Source: the human T2T-CHM13v2.0 reference genome, Homo sapiens. From it: a DNA stretch of 64,000 nt. The position numbers were made by a program, and so were the translations under genes. The notes under the pieces were generated by a model. That model saw only the letters and a list, made by a program, of their open reading frames with translations, had not been told where the DNA came from and did no database searches. Below, piece by piece: positions 1-15,289 of this stretch (within the stretch, counting starts at the first letter, position 1; every line of letters starts with the position of its first letter). The DNA lies in the NCBI RefSeq assembly GCF_009914755.1, contig NC_060926.1; one strand, written 5' to 3'.

Positions 1-44
1 GCTTTGAAGGATTACAAATAAAGGAAAATCTGTTGATTAGAGGG

Positions 45-270
45 TAGTATTTTGGATTTACTCTAGATTTTGGAGTCAAAACAAGTGGTTTAAAATTTTA
101 TTTTTTCTACTTGCTAGTTAGTTGCCCCATCTAAGCTTGAGTTATCTCAGTTGTAAAATGAAGTAATACTACCTGGAGGGCTAAGTGAAGATTTAATGAG
201 AAATTGTACATAAGCAAGTATCTCAGTACCTGACCCATGCCAGGTACTCAATAAATGGTGTCTATAATTG
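45..270. mobile_element. MIR
   Basis: ctcagttgtaaaatgaag...taatgaga...gtactcaataaatgg core. Confidence 0.6.
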
Positions 271-908
271 TTAATAGGTCAAATCATCCAAAATCTTCTG
301 TCCTTAGATAAACTAGTGCATAACAGTGAGTGAGCAAGATACTGAATAAACATGAACTTTGGAGCTGCCAGTCAAATATCCTTCTTCATTCACTAAGCAA
401 ATAAATAGGTAGAATGTGTTAAATTTTTTCTGATCATAACAGATTATCATTTGTAAGCTCAGACCTGAAAAAATCTGTGCTTTTTCTTGTGTAGGAATAG
501 AATTTTGTTACCTTTTCTGTTACGTATATTCTTCTTAGAAACAAAACAATTAGATAACATATGCATTCAGATTCATAAACCAGGGCAGATAACATTAACC
601 ATATATACATATATGTAAGGCAGTTATACAGCAAAAGAAAATAATTAAGCCAGAATGTGAATATGAGAACTTTAAGAGGAAGAGGGAAGTGTGCGCAATT
701 GTTGGGAGGTCTCATAATAGCCCAGCAATTTTCAGGTTCAACGTTCTGCCAATTAATGAAGGAAACTATTCAAGATAGCGAAAATTTAAGTGCTGTTAAT
801 TTAAGGGAAGATCATGCATCAAGGAAAAGCTGCTGTAGTAAAGAGGCTTAGAATCAGTGCTCTGAGATAAATAGATAAAGGAGACTGTGGTACAATGAAG
901 GTGAATTA

Positions 909-1229
<321 letters not shown>

Positions 1230-1600
1230 TAAGCTAGTTAAGGCATTGTTGCAAGTGTACATATAAAGTGCAGTTTTCTTTTAATTTGATTGTGATTGAG
1301 CCTGTAACTTATGGTGGGAGTTACAAGCCAAACCATCAGCTCAGTTTTACAGATACGCGTTTAAAACTATATTATCAGAGGTCAGGAGATTTGAGCACTA
1401 ATCATTTATGTTATCAGCATTGTCTATTGCTTTTGGTCTGAAAAGCACCAAATCATTAGCATTCTCTTTAGTCTTTTAGCAAAATAAAAAGTATAGATCT
1501 GCTAAGCAATGATAGCTATACAACAAAAATTATTTTTGTGAATGGATACTATTTTTAATGCATTGAATTTGTCATGTATTTATGGGTATAATGATCTTTT

Positions 1601-1759
1601 ATGTTAGTACCTTATCGTGGATAGTAATTTAAGTGTGTAAACATAGTTTAGAAGTGGGAAGCCAGGTAGAAGTTTTACAAGAACATTTAAGATGGACAGG
1701 GGGCCTAAAAAGGCTTGCTATGGGAGGTTATACAGAGTTGACATATCTCTAAATAGAAT
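1601..1759 (+). repeat. Inverted repeat arm 1 (source), intron 4
   Basis: Its reverse complement aligns to 3045-3200 with 14 mismatches and one 3-nt gap (manual alignment). Confidence 0.92.
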
Positions 1760-2090
1760 GTTGAAGAAAAGTAGAGGCAAGGACAGGCTAAGAAGAATAA
1801 ATAAAGCTTTCTGGTAAGTGTGAGGAATTGTGTGAGTTGTGACTCAGAAGCAAAAAAATATTTTAAACATGGGAGTGGCATATGTCTTTTTTATAGGCTA
1901 CTTTTATTTGAAGAAAAAAAAATGAGAGAGAAATCCCTCTCCCTGTACTCAAGAGCTATCTTTAGATATGAATCTTAAAGCAATATCAAAACTGCATGAT
2001 CTAGCAAGACATGTGTTTCCTCAAAGCATGTTATAAAACTCTGCCTGATCATGAACATACTAACTTTTTCATTATCAAATGTTTTTGTAG

Positions 2091-2169
2091 ATGTTGTTCC
2101 ACAATCTATGCAAGATTTGCTGGGTATGAATAATGACTTTCCTCCAAGAGCACATTGCCTGGTAAGATG
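2091..2169 (+). CDS. RAB3GAP1: RAB3GAP1 exon 5 (79 bp), DVVPQSMQDLLGMNNDFPPRAHCLVRW
   Basis: tttttgtag acceptor, ATG|gtaggt donor; in frame with exon 6. Confidence 0.95.
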
Positions 2170-3044
2170 GTAGGTATATCTTTTACTCAGTATCTTTTAG
2201 TATGTGTGTTGCGGGGGACCTCAACACTGTCCCCAAGTTCAGTGATTTGCTAAGAAGACTCAGAGGACTCAGCATTTAATTGCAGCTGATTTATTGCAGA
2301 GACAGGATACAGGGCAAAATCTGCAAAGGGAAAAAACACATGAGGCAAAGTCCAGAGGAAGTACAAGCTTTTAAGAATCCTTTCCTAATGGAGTCAGGCA
2401 AGATGTACTCAGTTCCCTCAGCAACAAATTGTGACAAAGTATGTGAAACATTGTCTATCAGGGACAGTGTTAGAGGCTCAGCGCCCCAGGTTTTTAATTA
2501 GGGGGCTGGTCATATAAGCACCCTTTAACTGGTATATACCAAAATTTCAGGCTCCCAGAAGGAAAGCAGGTGTTCGGCATAAATTACATTGTTTGCATAA
2601 ACAATTTAGGCTTAGTGAGCAGCTTAATCAGTTCTGGGAATGGTGAGAACCCTCCCCAAATCCCATTTCCCAGCTGTTGGCCAAGAGTTAACCTTGCAAG
2701 CAGGCTTTTCTTTTCTTTTTTATTTTTTTGGTTTGTTTTTTCTTTCAGTTTTTTTGTTTTTAATTATTGTAGATATATAGTAGTTTTACATATGTAATAG
2801 TTGTACATATTTATCTTTTTTTCAAAAGAAATGATAAATGCTTGAGGTGATGGATTCCCCAATTAAACGTTCCAATTCCATTCTTTTATTTATCTTGACA
2901 TATACAACAAATTATTGTTAACTATAGGCACCCTATTTTGCTACTGAATGCTAGATCTTACTTTTTCTATCCAACTGTATTTTTGTCCCATTAACCATCC
3001 CCTCTTTATGCCCTGCTCCCCATTACCCTTCTAAGCCTCTGGTA

Positions 3045-3200
3045 ATTCTACTTAGAGATATGTCAACTCTGTATCACCTCCCATAGCTAGCCTTTTTAAG
3101 CCTCCTGGCCATCTTAAATCTTCTTGTAAAACTTCTACCCAGCTTCCCACTTCTAACCCATGTTTACACACTTAAATGACTATCCATAAGACACTAACAT
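3045..3200 (-). repeat. Inverted repeat arm 2 (inverted copy of 1601-1759 inserted in an L1), intron 5
   Basis: Manual alignment, about 91% identity; interrupts the L1 motif ctctggtaa^cattcta. Confidence 0.92.
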
Positions 3201-3441
3201 CATTCTATTCTCTTATCTCCGTGAGTTCAGTTTGTTTGTTTTTTTAGCTCCCACATATTAGTGAAAACGTGCAATACTTGTCTTTCTGTGCCTGGCTTAT
3301 TTCACTTAAATGTCTTTCAGTTCCTTCTATGCTCTTGTAAATGACAGGATTTCATTCTTTTTTATGGCTGAATAATATTATATTGTGTATATGTACCACA
3401 TTTTCTTTATTCATTCATCTATTGATGGGTACTTAGGTTGA

Positions 3442-3823
<382 letters not shown>

Positions 3824-4076
3824 GCAGGCAGGCTTTTTTAAGGATAGCGGTCACAGGCCTGCTGGTTCATCTTTTCTGCACAATGTATTTCATAATCCAG
3901 GGTAGTGCTTAACTGTAGTCTCATGACAAGCATGGAACATTTAAATATCATAGAAATTTTAATACATATTATTGAATATTGAAATGAACTCAATATGTTG
4001 GATGTTGATCTGTTATGTGATAAAATCAAAACTCACTGTGTCTAAACTATAAATGTGATACATTAATGTAAGAGGT

Positions 4077-4555
4077 ACAATCTTACCCCTCTTATCTGTG
4101 GTTTTGCTTTCTGCGGTTTCAGTTACCTGTGGTCAAGTGTAGTCTGAAAATATTAAATGGAAAATTTCAGGCAAAAACAACAAGTTTTAAATTGTATGCT
4201 GTTCTGAGTAGTATGGTGAAGTCTTAGGCCATTCTGTCCTGGAAGTGAATCATGCCTTTGTCCAGTGTATCTACAATGTATACACTACCTGCCCCTTAGG
4301 CACTTAGTAGTCATCTTGGTTATCGGATTGACAAATCACAAGAAGAAGGGTGAGTATAGTACAATAAGATATCTTGAGAGAGAGAGAGAGAGACCACATT
4401 TATATAACTTTTATTACAAAATATTGTCGTAACTGTTCTATTGGTACTATATATAGGAAAAAACAGTACATACAGGCTTTGATACCATCTGCAGTTTCAA
4501 GCATCCACTAGGGGTCTTGGAACTTACCTTCCACAGATAAGGAGGGACTATTTAC
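4077..4555. mobile_element. MER44/Tigger7-type DNA transposon relic
   Basis: TIR-like ends (ccctcttatctgtgg ... ccacagataaggagggacta). Confidence 0.7.
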
Positions 4556-5692
4556 ATCACATTTAAAAGGTCTCTTCTGTCTTTTTCAGTTATTCCAAGT
4601 GTCTGTGAACTTTATTTATTTTGGATGGAGTGGTCTTAGAACAAACTACCACCAAAATGGCCCTAGTAAAGAGTATATATTTAAGAAAGGAGACCTAGTT
4701 AAAGGAAGTTTACATACTGGTTTGAAATTATTCTATTGTTATCAGTTGGTCTTTTGATTTTTTTAAATTAAAGAATTCTAAGGTAGGGGAAAATGACATT
4801 AATCTGTGTTTATCTTTTTCTTCATTTCATATAGCAAATAGGCTGTGTAGCACTTTTAAAAAAGAAAATTATTTGCAAATGCAGGTAAACGGGATAGTGT
4901 TTCATAAATATTCCTCTTTTAGTATGACCTTTTAAAAATTGTTCACTTAAACAACTAAAAAAGAAATGTAATAATTATATCTATTAAATTTAATTTAATC
5001 CTTCCACATTCCGTTCTGGCCTTTTAAAATATGAATATATACATTTAATGTGACTAAATTTATCAGAAGGCAGCATAGTATCAGAGCATGAGCTTTGTAT
5101 GCATTAATTCATTCAACATTAATTGAACACTTACTTACTGTTTGGCTATATACTGAATTAGGTTTAATTCCTAACTCAGGTACTTAGTATCTCTGCAACT
5201 TTGGGCAAGTTACTTAATTTCTTGTAGTTTGTTTCTACACTGGTAAACTAAGAATAATAAATAATATGCACTTCCAGAGTAGTTATGAGGATCAAATAAG
5301 ATAATGGCGCCTAGTATGTTTATCAAAATCTAAATGCTATTAACATGATTTCAGCCTTTTGGTATGTATTTCCTCACTGTTACATAGTTTGTGGTCAAAA
5401 TATTAAATGAAGTAATGAAACCTTTCTATATATTAATATAAATAACTTGTTAGTAGGGTGGTTTTTGTAACCTTTCCATTTACTTTTAAAAATATTTTTA
5501 AAATCAACGTAGTAAAATTGGACTTTTTGTGGAGGTGAGCAGTTCTCTGAACTTCAACACTTTATATAGTTTTTTACTAGTATCAAAATCAGGAGATAGA
5601 ACAGTTCTATAACACCCCCTCACCTCTGCTGCCAAAAAAAAAGCCCTATTGTCCCTTTTGTCTCTTAGTAAGCATAGGCACGTCCTTCCCAC

Positions 5693-5996
<304 letters not shown>

Positions 5997-7903
5997 ACAC
6001 TCTCGACATCCTTATAATCCCTGGAATCCCTGATCTTTCTTGGTCACTATAGTTTTGTCTTTTTGAGAGTGTCATATAAATAGAATTCTACTGTATGTAA
6101 ATAGAATTCTACTGTATGTGACCATTGGTGACTGGCTTTTAAAACAGCATGGTGCCTTTGAAATCCTTTGAGGTGATTCTGCTTATCAATAGTTTGTTCC
6201 TTTTTATTGCTGAGTAGTATTTTATTGTAAGGATATACCAAGCTGTTTATTCAGTCATTTGTTGAGGGTTATTAGGATTGTTTTTAGGTTTTGGCATTTT
6301 TAAATAGAGCTATACTATAAATATTTGTATACAGATTTTTGTGTGAAAACACATTTTCAGTTCACTCGGGTAGATACCTAGAGTAGTATTGCTAAGTCAT
6401 GTGGTAAGTGTATGTTTATAGGAAACTGCAAAACATTTCTAGAGTAGTTGTACCATTTTGCATTCCCACCAACAATGTATGAAAATTCCAGTTTCTACAT
6501 CCTTACCAGCACTTGGTATTGTCAGTATTTGTTTTTAGCCATTCTTAGTAGGTGCATAGTGGTATCCTAATTTTAATTTTGAACATCTTTCGTGTGTTTA
6601 TTTGTCCATTTATATCTTCTCTGTATTAACAGTGTCCAAGTCTTTTGCACATGTTTTAATTGGGTTGTTTGTTTTCTTTTTTGGGGGTGGGGGTTGTTTG
6701 TTTTCTTACTGTAAAGTTTTGAGAGTTCGTTGTATACTTTGGATGTAAATCTTTTTTATAATGTGTGATTTCCAAAAATTTTCTAGAAAAGACAGCACTA
6801 AGAGAAATGAAAAGATTATCTGTAACAGATAAGACTGTAACTTATCTTTTAATTTCTCTTAATATGTCTTTTCTAGAACAAAAGTTATAAAATTGAATGA
6901 AGTTCAGTTTTATCAATTTTTAATTTTAGGGATTGTGCTTTTGGTGCCATGTCTGAGGACTTTTTGCTCTAGGTCACAAATCTTTCTCCTATTAAAAAAT
7001 TATTTTATTTTGGAATTATTCAAAATCTGAGGGTGAAAGCAGCTGTTTATGGATGCTGGGGATGGTGGTAGCAGATCCATTACCCAGCTGGCAAAAGGGG
7101 TGGCAGTGGCCTGTAATATTCTTTCCAAAAACCCCTAATCCCAATATATCCATTTTGATATTTAGATGTTACCTGATTTCTTTCAGCAGTGTCTTACAGT
7201 TTTCAGCACAAAGATCCTGTAAATGTTATATATTATGTTTCTACTTGTTGCTTTCTTATAAAGGAGCTATTGTAATGATATTATTTAAAAAATTTTTCAT
7301 TTCCAGTTGTTCGTTTCTAGTATGTAGGAATATGGCTGATTTTGAGGGGTTAACCTTGTATCCTGTAACCTTGCTAAACACAATGACTAGTTCTAGGAGT
7401 TGTCATTTCTTTGGGATTTTCTATATATACAATCACTGTCTCTGAATATGGATAGTATTATTTCTTTTCTAATCTCTGTGCTTTTTTAAAAATATGTATT
7501 ACAAGATACCATGAAGCAGTCTGTTCATTTTTTTTTTCTGTTTAAAACTGGCTAGGGCTTCCAGTAAAATATTGAATAGGAGTTGCTTATCTCAGGGGGA
7601 CAGCATTTAGTCTTTTACTGTTAAGTGTGATGTTAGCTGTAGGTTTTTTCGTAGATGCTCTTTATCAGATTGAGAAAATTCCCTTTTGTTCCTGCTTTGC
7701 TGAGAGTTTTTATTATGAATGGATGTTGAATTTTGTCAAATCCTTTTTCTGTTTAAATTGATATGATTGTTGTTTTCTGCTTAAATTGATATGATTTATT
7801 TTCTTTAGATTTTTAATATGTTGATTGCATTGACTGATTTTTGGATATATAACCAGCTTTGCATTCTCAAGATAAACTCCACTTCTTTGTGGTGCAATTT
7901 GTA

Positions 7904-7907
<4 letters not shown>

Positions 7908-7950
<43 letters not shown>

Positions 7951-7952
7951 GT
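7908..7952. repeat. (TG)n microsatellite
   Basis: Seen directly. Confidence 0.95.
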
Positions 7953-10450
7953 ATTGCTGTATTTGATATGCTAATAGTTTGTTGAGGACTTCAGTGTCTA
8001 TGTTCATGTGGGATGTTGGTCTGTAATTTTCTTTTCTCCTGCTTTGGTTTTGGTATCAGAGTAATGTTGGCCTTATAATGTGAGTCAGAAAGTATTTTGT
8101 TCTCTTTTATTTTCTTTGAGAGAGTGTAAAATTTTTTTTTTTTTAACCGTTTGATAGAATTTGCCTTTGAAACTTTCTGAGCCTGGCATTCTCATTTTAT
8201 TGAGGTGGCAATTCCTTCTAGGGTCCAGGATGTAAGCAGAAGTCTCAGTTCCAGTACCTTGTCTCATGTATACCCATATCCCTGAGAGGTCATTCAAAAC
8301 ATTACAACCTCTGTAGTGATTTGGATTGATGGAGTAAATCTAAATATAAAGGATACAGAAGGAAGCTTGTGCGTTTAGGTTATATAGCAGAGAGATTGGT
8401 AATCTCATCAGAAAGATAGGCAGCTTCCAAGTCCCAGGGCCTCGTAAGCAGAGGCACAGTTATGGATGATGATATCTGAGTGATATTGTGCTTCTGGAAG
8501 CCTAGTTTCTGGGTGTAGACTTATTTATATTTATTATTATGAGACTGGGGCATTCTTGGACATAGCCTAATCTGGATGCATGCCAGAGACCACTTTCCCT
8601 GGGCTGGGTGTACCTTATCATCTCAGAGTTATATAATTCACATTATGACTGCTAGGCTAAAATACATGGTATTGTCAGACGTAAACAGACTTTTCTTCCA
8701 TCATTCTTGTTCTCTTCAGTCTAGCACAGCATAGTCAGTTTTGCAAACAGTTTTATAAGTCAAACTAACAGACTTTCAGCAGTAAAAGGCTTACCCTATA
8801 AAATCCCAGCTCCCAGTGCCCAGCTGTTAGGGCCTATAGCCAAAGCTGATCATCCCCTGGTATTTTTCAGTCACCTTCTATGCTCGCTTTTGCCTTTCAG
8901 TATACTCTTTGTTTCTGTTACCCAGGAATCTCCTTTTTATTATTTCAAATTCAGCGGTGTATTTTGACAGCATTGTCATATTTGATCAGGTATTTCTGTG
9001 TGTTTTGGGACAAGGAGGGCCTGTGTCATGTTAGTTTGCCGTATGGTTGGAAGTCACTTTCAGTTTTGTCTTACTTGACCTTTCTTAAAGTTTAGGAAGC
9101 CAACAACAAAGCTTTTGAGAACTGTTTAAAAGTTAAGCATATTAAATGTATGTGTATTTTCTTTTATTCAACAAATATAATTTTTAAACATTTACTGTGA
9201 TCCAGATACAGAAATATCAAGAATAAAACATGGTTACTGCCTTAGTAATCTATGGGATTAATAGATAAGGGAGTAGACAACAATAACATTTTGTGATAAA
9301 TGCTCTCATAGGAGGCAGAACACAAGTTTGATGGAAACTCATAGGAGGTACCTGTAATTCAGACAGATTAAGTCAGGAAAATGTTTCCAGACAAGGTGAT
9401 ACCTCACATGAATCCTGAAAGACAAGTGAGAATAAACCAGGTGAATAAGCTTAATTAATAAGTTAGGTAAAAAGATACTTGAGGCAGAATTAGTAGAGGT
9501 GATGATGTTTAAATGCACTTTTGAAACTTGTAGGTAGTTTGGTAAGGTTGGGTATAGCAGTAGAGGGTTGGGAATGGGAAAAGATGAGAAGGACTTTGGT
9601 ATGTGGGTATTTTAAGACTAATGTGAACCAGACATCTTAAGAGGATTTCATAATATTCTCCTTCTGTTTTATTCATATAATTTTTATTGTAATTGTTAAT
9701 AAATACATTTCTCAAAAATTTCAAGGATACAGATTACTTGTAATGCTTCAGAGATACTGAAGAATAACATACACAGAAGTTTTCACCTAAACATTTATTT
9801 AAATTTGAATTTTAAAAAGTTAAACCAGAATTAAAGCAATGACAATGAAAATTTGAAAACGATTTTGCAATATATGCATCTGTACTTATTTATACCATAA
9901 ATATACAATTAGTATAGGTTGACCCTGTCAGAGTGATTTAAAATTACTATATGATTAACTTATATTTTCAAATCAAATTCTAGAAAATAGATTTTTGGGA
10001 TTTATGTCCAATGCTCAATTTTGGTAGTTCGAGTTTGTCTATTAATCTTTATCTATTTTAAGATCTTCTCGTTTCAGTTTTCATATCAAGCACCTCTCAG
10101 ATTAGCTCCAAGCCTGTTTAACTTTGTTAAGGGACTTTTATAAAAGTGGACTTTAAAAGATATGTGGGCATGATCAATTTTATGTTCTTGGCAATGTAAT
10201 TGATCTTAATGATGTGTTTTGCTGGATGTATTTCAGCCTTCTGATATACCTATCCTTTAAATACTTTTCTTTTTTTATTTTCTTTAAATATCTTCTAGTG
10301 GGTGTTTCCTGAAACCATCATTACAGATTTATTCTCTTGATTGTTATGCTTCATGATAATATAAATAGCCCTGGAAATGACACAGACTTTAACCGTAGCA
10401 AACATTTATGTCCAAATGGAAATTCATGAGCAGAGATTTTAATAGCAAGG

Positions 10451-10958
10451 TGTGGTAGGCAAGATAATGAACCCTGCTAGCCCCCAGAGATGGTCCACAA
10501 CCTAAATCTTAGAACCTGTGGATATAAGTTATGTGGCAAGAGGAATTAAGGGAGCATTAACATTAACATTGCTTAGCAATAGACTTTAAGGTAGGGAGAT
10601 TTATCCTGGATTATCTGGGTGGACCCAGTATAATCACAGGAGTTCTTAAAAGTGGAAGAGGGAGACAGAGGAGAGTTAGTGTCATAGCGGTATGAGAAGA
10701 ACTTGGTCCCAGTAATGTAGGTTTTTAAGATGGAAGAAGAGGGCCATGAGCCAAGTAATGAGGGTAAGCCTCTAGAAACTGGAATGGGTTCTGCGCTAGA
10801 GCATCCCGAAGGGACACAGCCTTGCAGCTACCTTGAATTTAGCCTTGTGAGACCTGTTTCAGACTTCTGACCTGCAGAACTATAAGATGATCAATCTGTG
10901 TTTTTTTAAGTCACCAAATTTGTAGTAATTTATTACAGCAGCAATATGAACTAATACA
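10451..10958 (+). mobile_element. MLT1 (MaLR) solo LTR, MLT1D-like
   Basis: tgtggtaggc ... ttacagcagcaatatgaactaataca termini. Confidence 0.75.
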
Positions 10959-11209
10959 GAAAGTAACAGCATGAAAGCTGTAGATGCCTGGAGAGGCTCT
11001 ACTGAGAGTGGAACAATACACTGAAAGCACAGCTAGGTTTAAGGGAGGACACATTTTGTCCCCATGGCTCTGCCTTTGTTGAGCGTTGTCTTTGGGTCTT
11101 TAGCTTTAGTCATGCTTTATTGGTCACCACAAAGGAACAGTCCACAAATAATCTTGTGAAAACTGTGTAGTTGAATAATTATTATGGCTTTTAAGAAATA
11201 TTCATTTTT

Positions 11210-11846
<637 letters not shown>

Positions 11847-13000
11847 TAATAGAGATACATGTAAAAGAACCTGACAGTTTTGAGAAACCAGCATTTTAGA
11901 CTAGCCCTAAGGACCTGTAAAGTGTTTTCATTCTTCCAAAAGTGAATGTTAAGAGGACTTCTTGTAATGGCAGTGTGAAGTGGTTAGTGATTCCTCTTTG
12001 CTAAAGGGGAATTTTTTTAAAAGGCATTAAACTGGACAGAACTGTCAAAAAACAACCATTTCTGGCTCCTCTTCCTGTAGCTGTTTCTGTCACCTCCCCT
12101 CTTCTCTCTAATCTATGTTGGTGATAACTGAGCTTTCTAGTCTAGGCTGGCCATGAAAATACCACCTCTGTTGCCAGATGAGCAGGTTTAATTCTTTGTT
12201 GGCGGGGGAGGGAAGGTACAAAAACTTTTGCCTTTGCCAAGCAAAAGGAACAGATTCTGTTGGGAACAGATGGGTAAAACCTGTACCTTTGTTAGACCAA
12301 GGTTGCAGTCCCAATTCGAGGCAAGTGATGGATTAGTCAAAAATTTAACAAGGAGATCTTGTATTACAGCCATAGAAAGACAGATACCCTCTCTACACAT
12401 CCGTAGATGACAGGAAAACTACATATATGCAGGAGAGACCCAGCAGAGCTCAAACTGGAGTGCCAGTTGCAATTTTGAATGCATTCCCCAACCCACACAC
12501 AGATCATTTAGCAGAAAGTGAAAGGAAAACCTTATAGGCTCAGGTGTTTGGGCATGATCTGTGCTCAAATTATTGGTTTACCTGCAAACTATACAGACAA
12601 GAGGTAGCTGCTAGAGAGCCAGGCTAAAACATTGAAAATAAGAATAAAGCAATGGAATAGAGATATCAGAGGCTGCACACTGTTGAGGAGACAGTTTCCT
12701 CAGTGTAAGTCCAGGCAAGTTATGAAATACAAACAAATTGAAAAAGCTAACAACCCTCAGAAAAGTTAAACAGAATATGGTCTTGCTACAATGTATTATC
12801 AAAATATAGAGTTTTCAACCACAAATTACTAGATGTACAATGAAACAGAAAAGTGTGACCCATACAAGGGGAAAAAATAGTAGAAATGGACTCTTAGTGG
12901 GTCTAGATATTAGATTTAGCAATAACATCAAAATATTTATTACAAGTATGTTGAGAGAATTGAAGGAAAGGGTTTTCAAAGAAATACTAACAGTGAGTTA

Positions 13001-13388
<388 letters not shown>

Positions 13389-13649
13389 CAAATGGAAACT
13401 CCAGAGTTGAAAAGTATAATTGAAATGAACTTTCTTCACATGGGCTCAAAAGCAGATCTGAGATGATAGAAGAAAGAGTTGGGGGATTTGAAAGATTAAC
13501 AGAAATTGTCCAGTCCAAAGAACAGAGAAAAAAGTTTGGAGAAAAAACAGAACTTCTGAGATCTGTGGGTCAGTGTCAAGTGTTCCAAAGCATGCATGTA
13601 ATGGGACTCCCAGGTGAAGAGAAAGAAAGTGGTAGAAAAACAAATGTGA

Positions 13650-15289
13650 GCTCTCCCTCTCCCTCTCCCTCTCCCCCTTCCCTCTCCCCCTCCCCCTTCC
13701 CCCTCCCGCTCCCCCCTTCCCCCTCCCCCTCTCTCCATGGTCTCCCTCTGATGCCAAGCCGAACCTGGACTGTACTGCCGCCATCTCGGCTCACTGCAAC
13801 CTCCCTGCCTGATTCTCCTGCCTCAGCCTGCCGAGTGCCTGGGATTGCAGGCACGTGCCACCACGCCTGACTGGTTTTCGTATTTTTTTGGTGGAGACGG
13901 GGTTTCACTCTGTTGGCCGGGCTGGTCTCCAGCTCCTAACCGCGAGTGATCTGCCAGCCTCGGCCTCTGGAGGTGCCGGGATTGCAGACGGAGTCTCGTT
14001 CACTCAGTGCTCAATGTTGCCCAGGCTGGAGTGCAGTGGCGTGATCTCGGCTCGCTACAACCTCCACCTCCCAGCCGCCTGCCTTGGCCTCCCAAAGTGC
14101 TGAGATAGCAGCCTCTGCCCGGCCGCCACCCCATCTGGGAAGTGAGGAGCGTCTCTGCCTGGCCGCCAATCGTCTGGGATGTGAGGAGCCCCTCTGCCTG
14201 GCTGCCCAGTCTGGGAAGTGAGGAGCGCCTCTTCCCAGCCGCCATCCTGTCTAGGAAGTGAGGAGCGTCTCTGCCTGGCCGCCCATCGTCTGAGATGTGG
14301 GGAGCGCCTCTGCCCCGCCGCCCCGTCTGGGATGTGAGGAGCACCTCTGCCCAGCCGCGACCCCATCTGGGAGGTGAGGAGCATCTCTGCCCGGCCGCCC
14401 CGTCTGAGAAGTGAGGAGCCCCTCCGCTCGGCAGCCGCCCCGTCTGAGAAGTGAGGAGCCCCTCCGCCCGGCAGCTGCCCCGTCTGAGAAGTGAGGAGCC
14501 CCTCCGCCCGGCAGCCGCCCCATCTGGGAAGTGAGGAGCGTCTCGGCCCGGCAGCCGCCCCATCCGGGAGGTGGGGGTCAGCCCCCGCCCTGCCAGCCGC
14601 CCCGTCCAGGAGGTGGGGGGTGCCTCCGTCCGGCCGCCGCCCCGTCCGGGAGGTGGGGGGTGCCTCTGCCCGGCGGCCCCTTCTGGGAAGTGAGGAGCCC
14701 CTCTGCCTGGCCGCCACCCCGTCTGGGAGGTGTACCCAACAGCTCATTGAGAACGGGCCATGATGACAATGGCGGTTTTGTCGAATAGAAAAGGGGGAAA
14801 TGTGGGGAAACGATAGAGAAATCAGATTGTTGCTGTGTCTGTGTAGAAAGAAGTAGACATAGGAGACTCCATTTTGTTCTGTACTAAGAAAAATTCTTCT
14901 GCCTTGGGATGCTGTTAATCTATAACCTTACCCCCAACCCGTGCTCTCTGAAACGTGCTGTGTCCACTCAGGGTTAAATGGATTAAGGGCGGTGCAAGAT
15001 GTGCTTTGTTTAACAGATGCTTGAAGGCAGCATGCTTCTTAAGAGTCATCACCACTCCCTAATCTCAAGTATCCAGGGACACAAACACTGCGGAAGGCCG
15101 CAGGGTCCTCTGCCTAGGAAAACCAGAGACCCTTGTTCACTTGTTCATCTGCTGACCTTCCCTCCACTATTGTCCTATGACCCTGCCAAATCCCCCTCTC
15201 CGAGAAACACCCAAGAATCATCAATAAATACTAAAAAAAAAAATAAAAAAATAAAAAAGTAAAAAAAAAAGCAAGCTGAAAAAAAAAAG
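13650..15289 (+). mobile_element. Full-length SVA retrotransposon (older B/C-like subfamily, tentative)
   Basis: CCCTCT hexamer head, Alu-like region, GC-rich VNTR (about 14110-14730), SINE-R, AATAAA 15223-15228, A tail; 15-bp TSD gaaaaacaaatgtga at 13635-13649 and 15290-15304. Confidence 0.95.

Noticed and set aside
14110-14730. Regularly spaced ~37-40-bp repeats superficially like a CRISPR array
   Set aside because: This is the SVA VNTR: no unique spacers, no cas genes, eukaryotic context
13446-15262. Cluster of long GC-rich ORFs (up to 230 aa) on both strands
   Set aside because: All lie within the SVA hexamer, VNTR and SINE-R; these are stop-poor repeat artefacts
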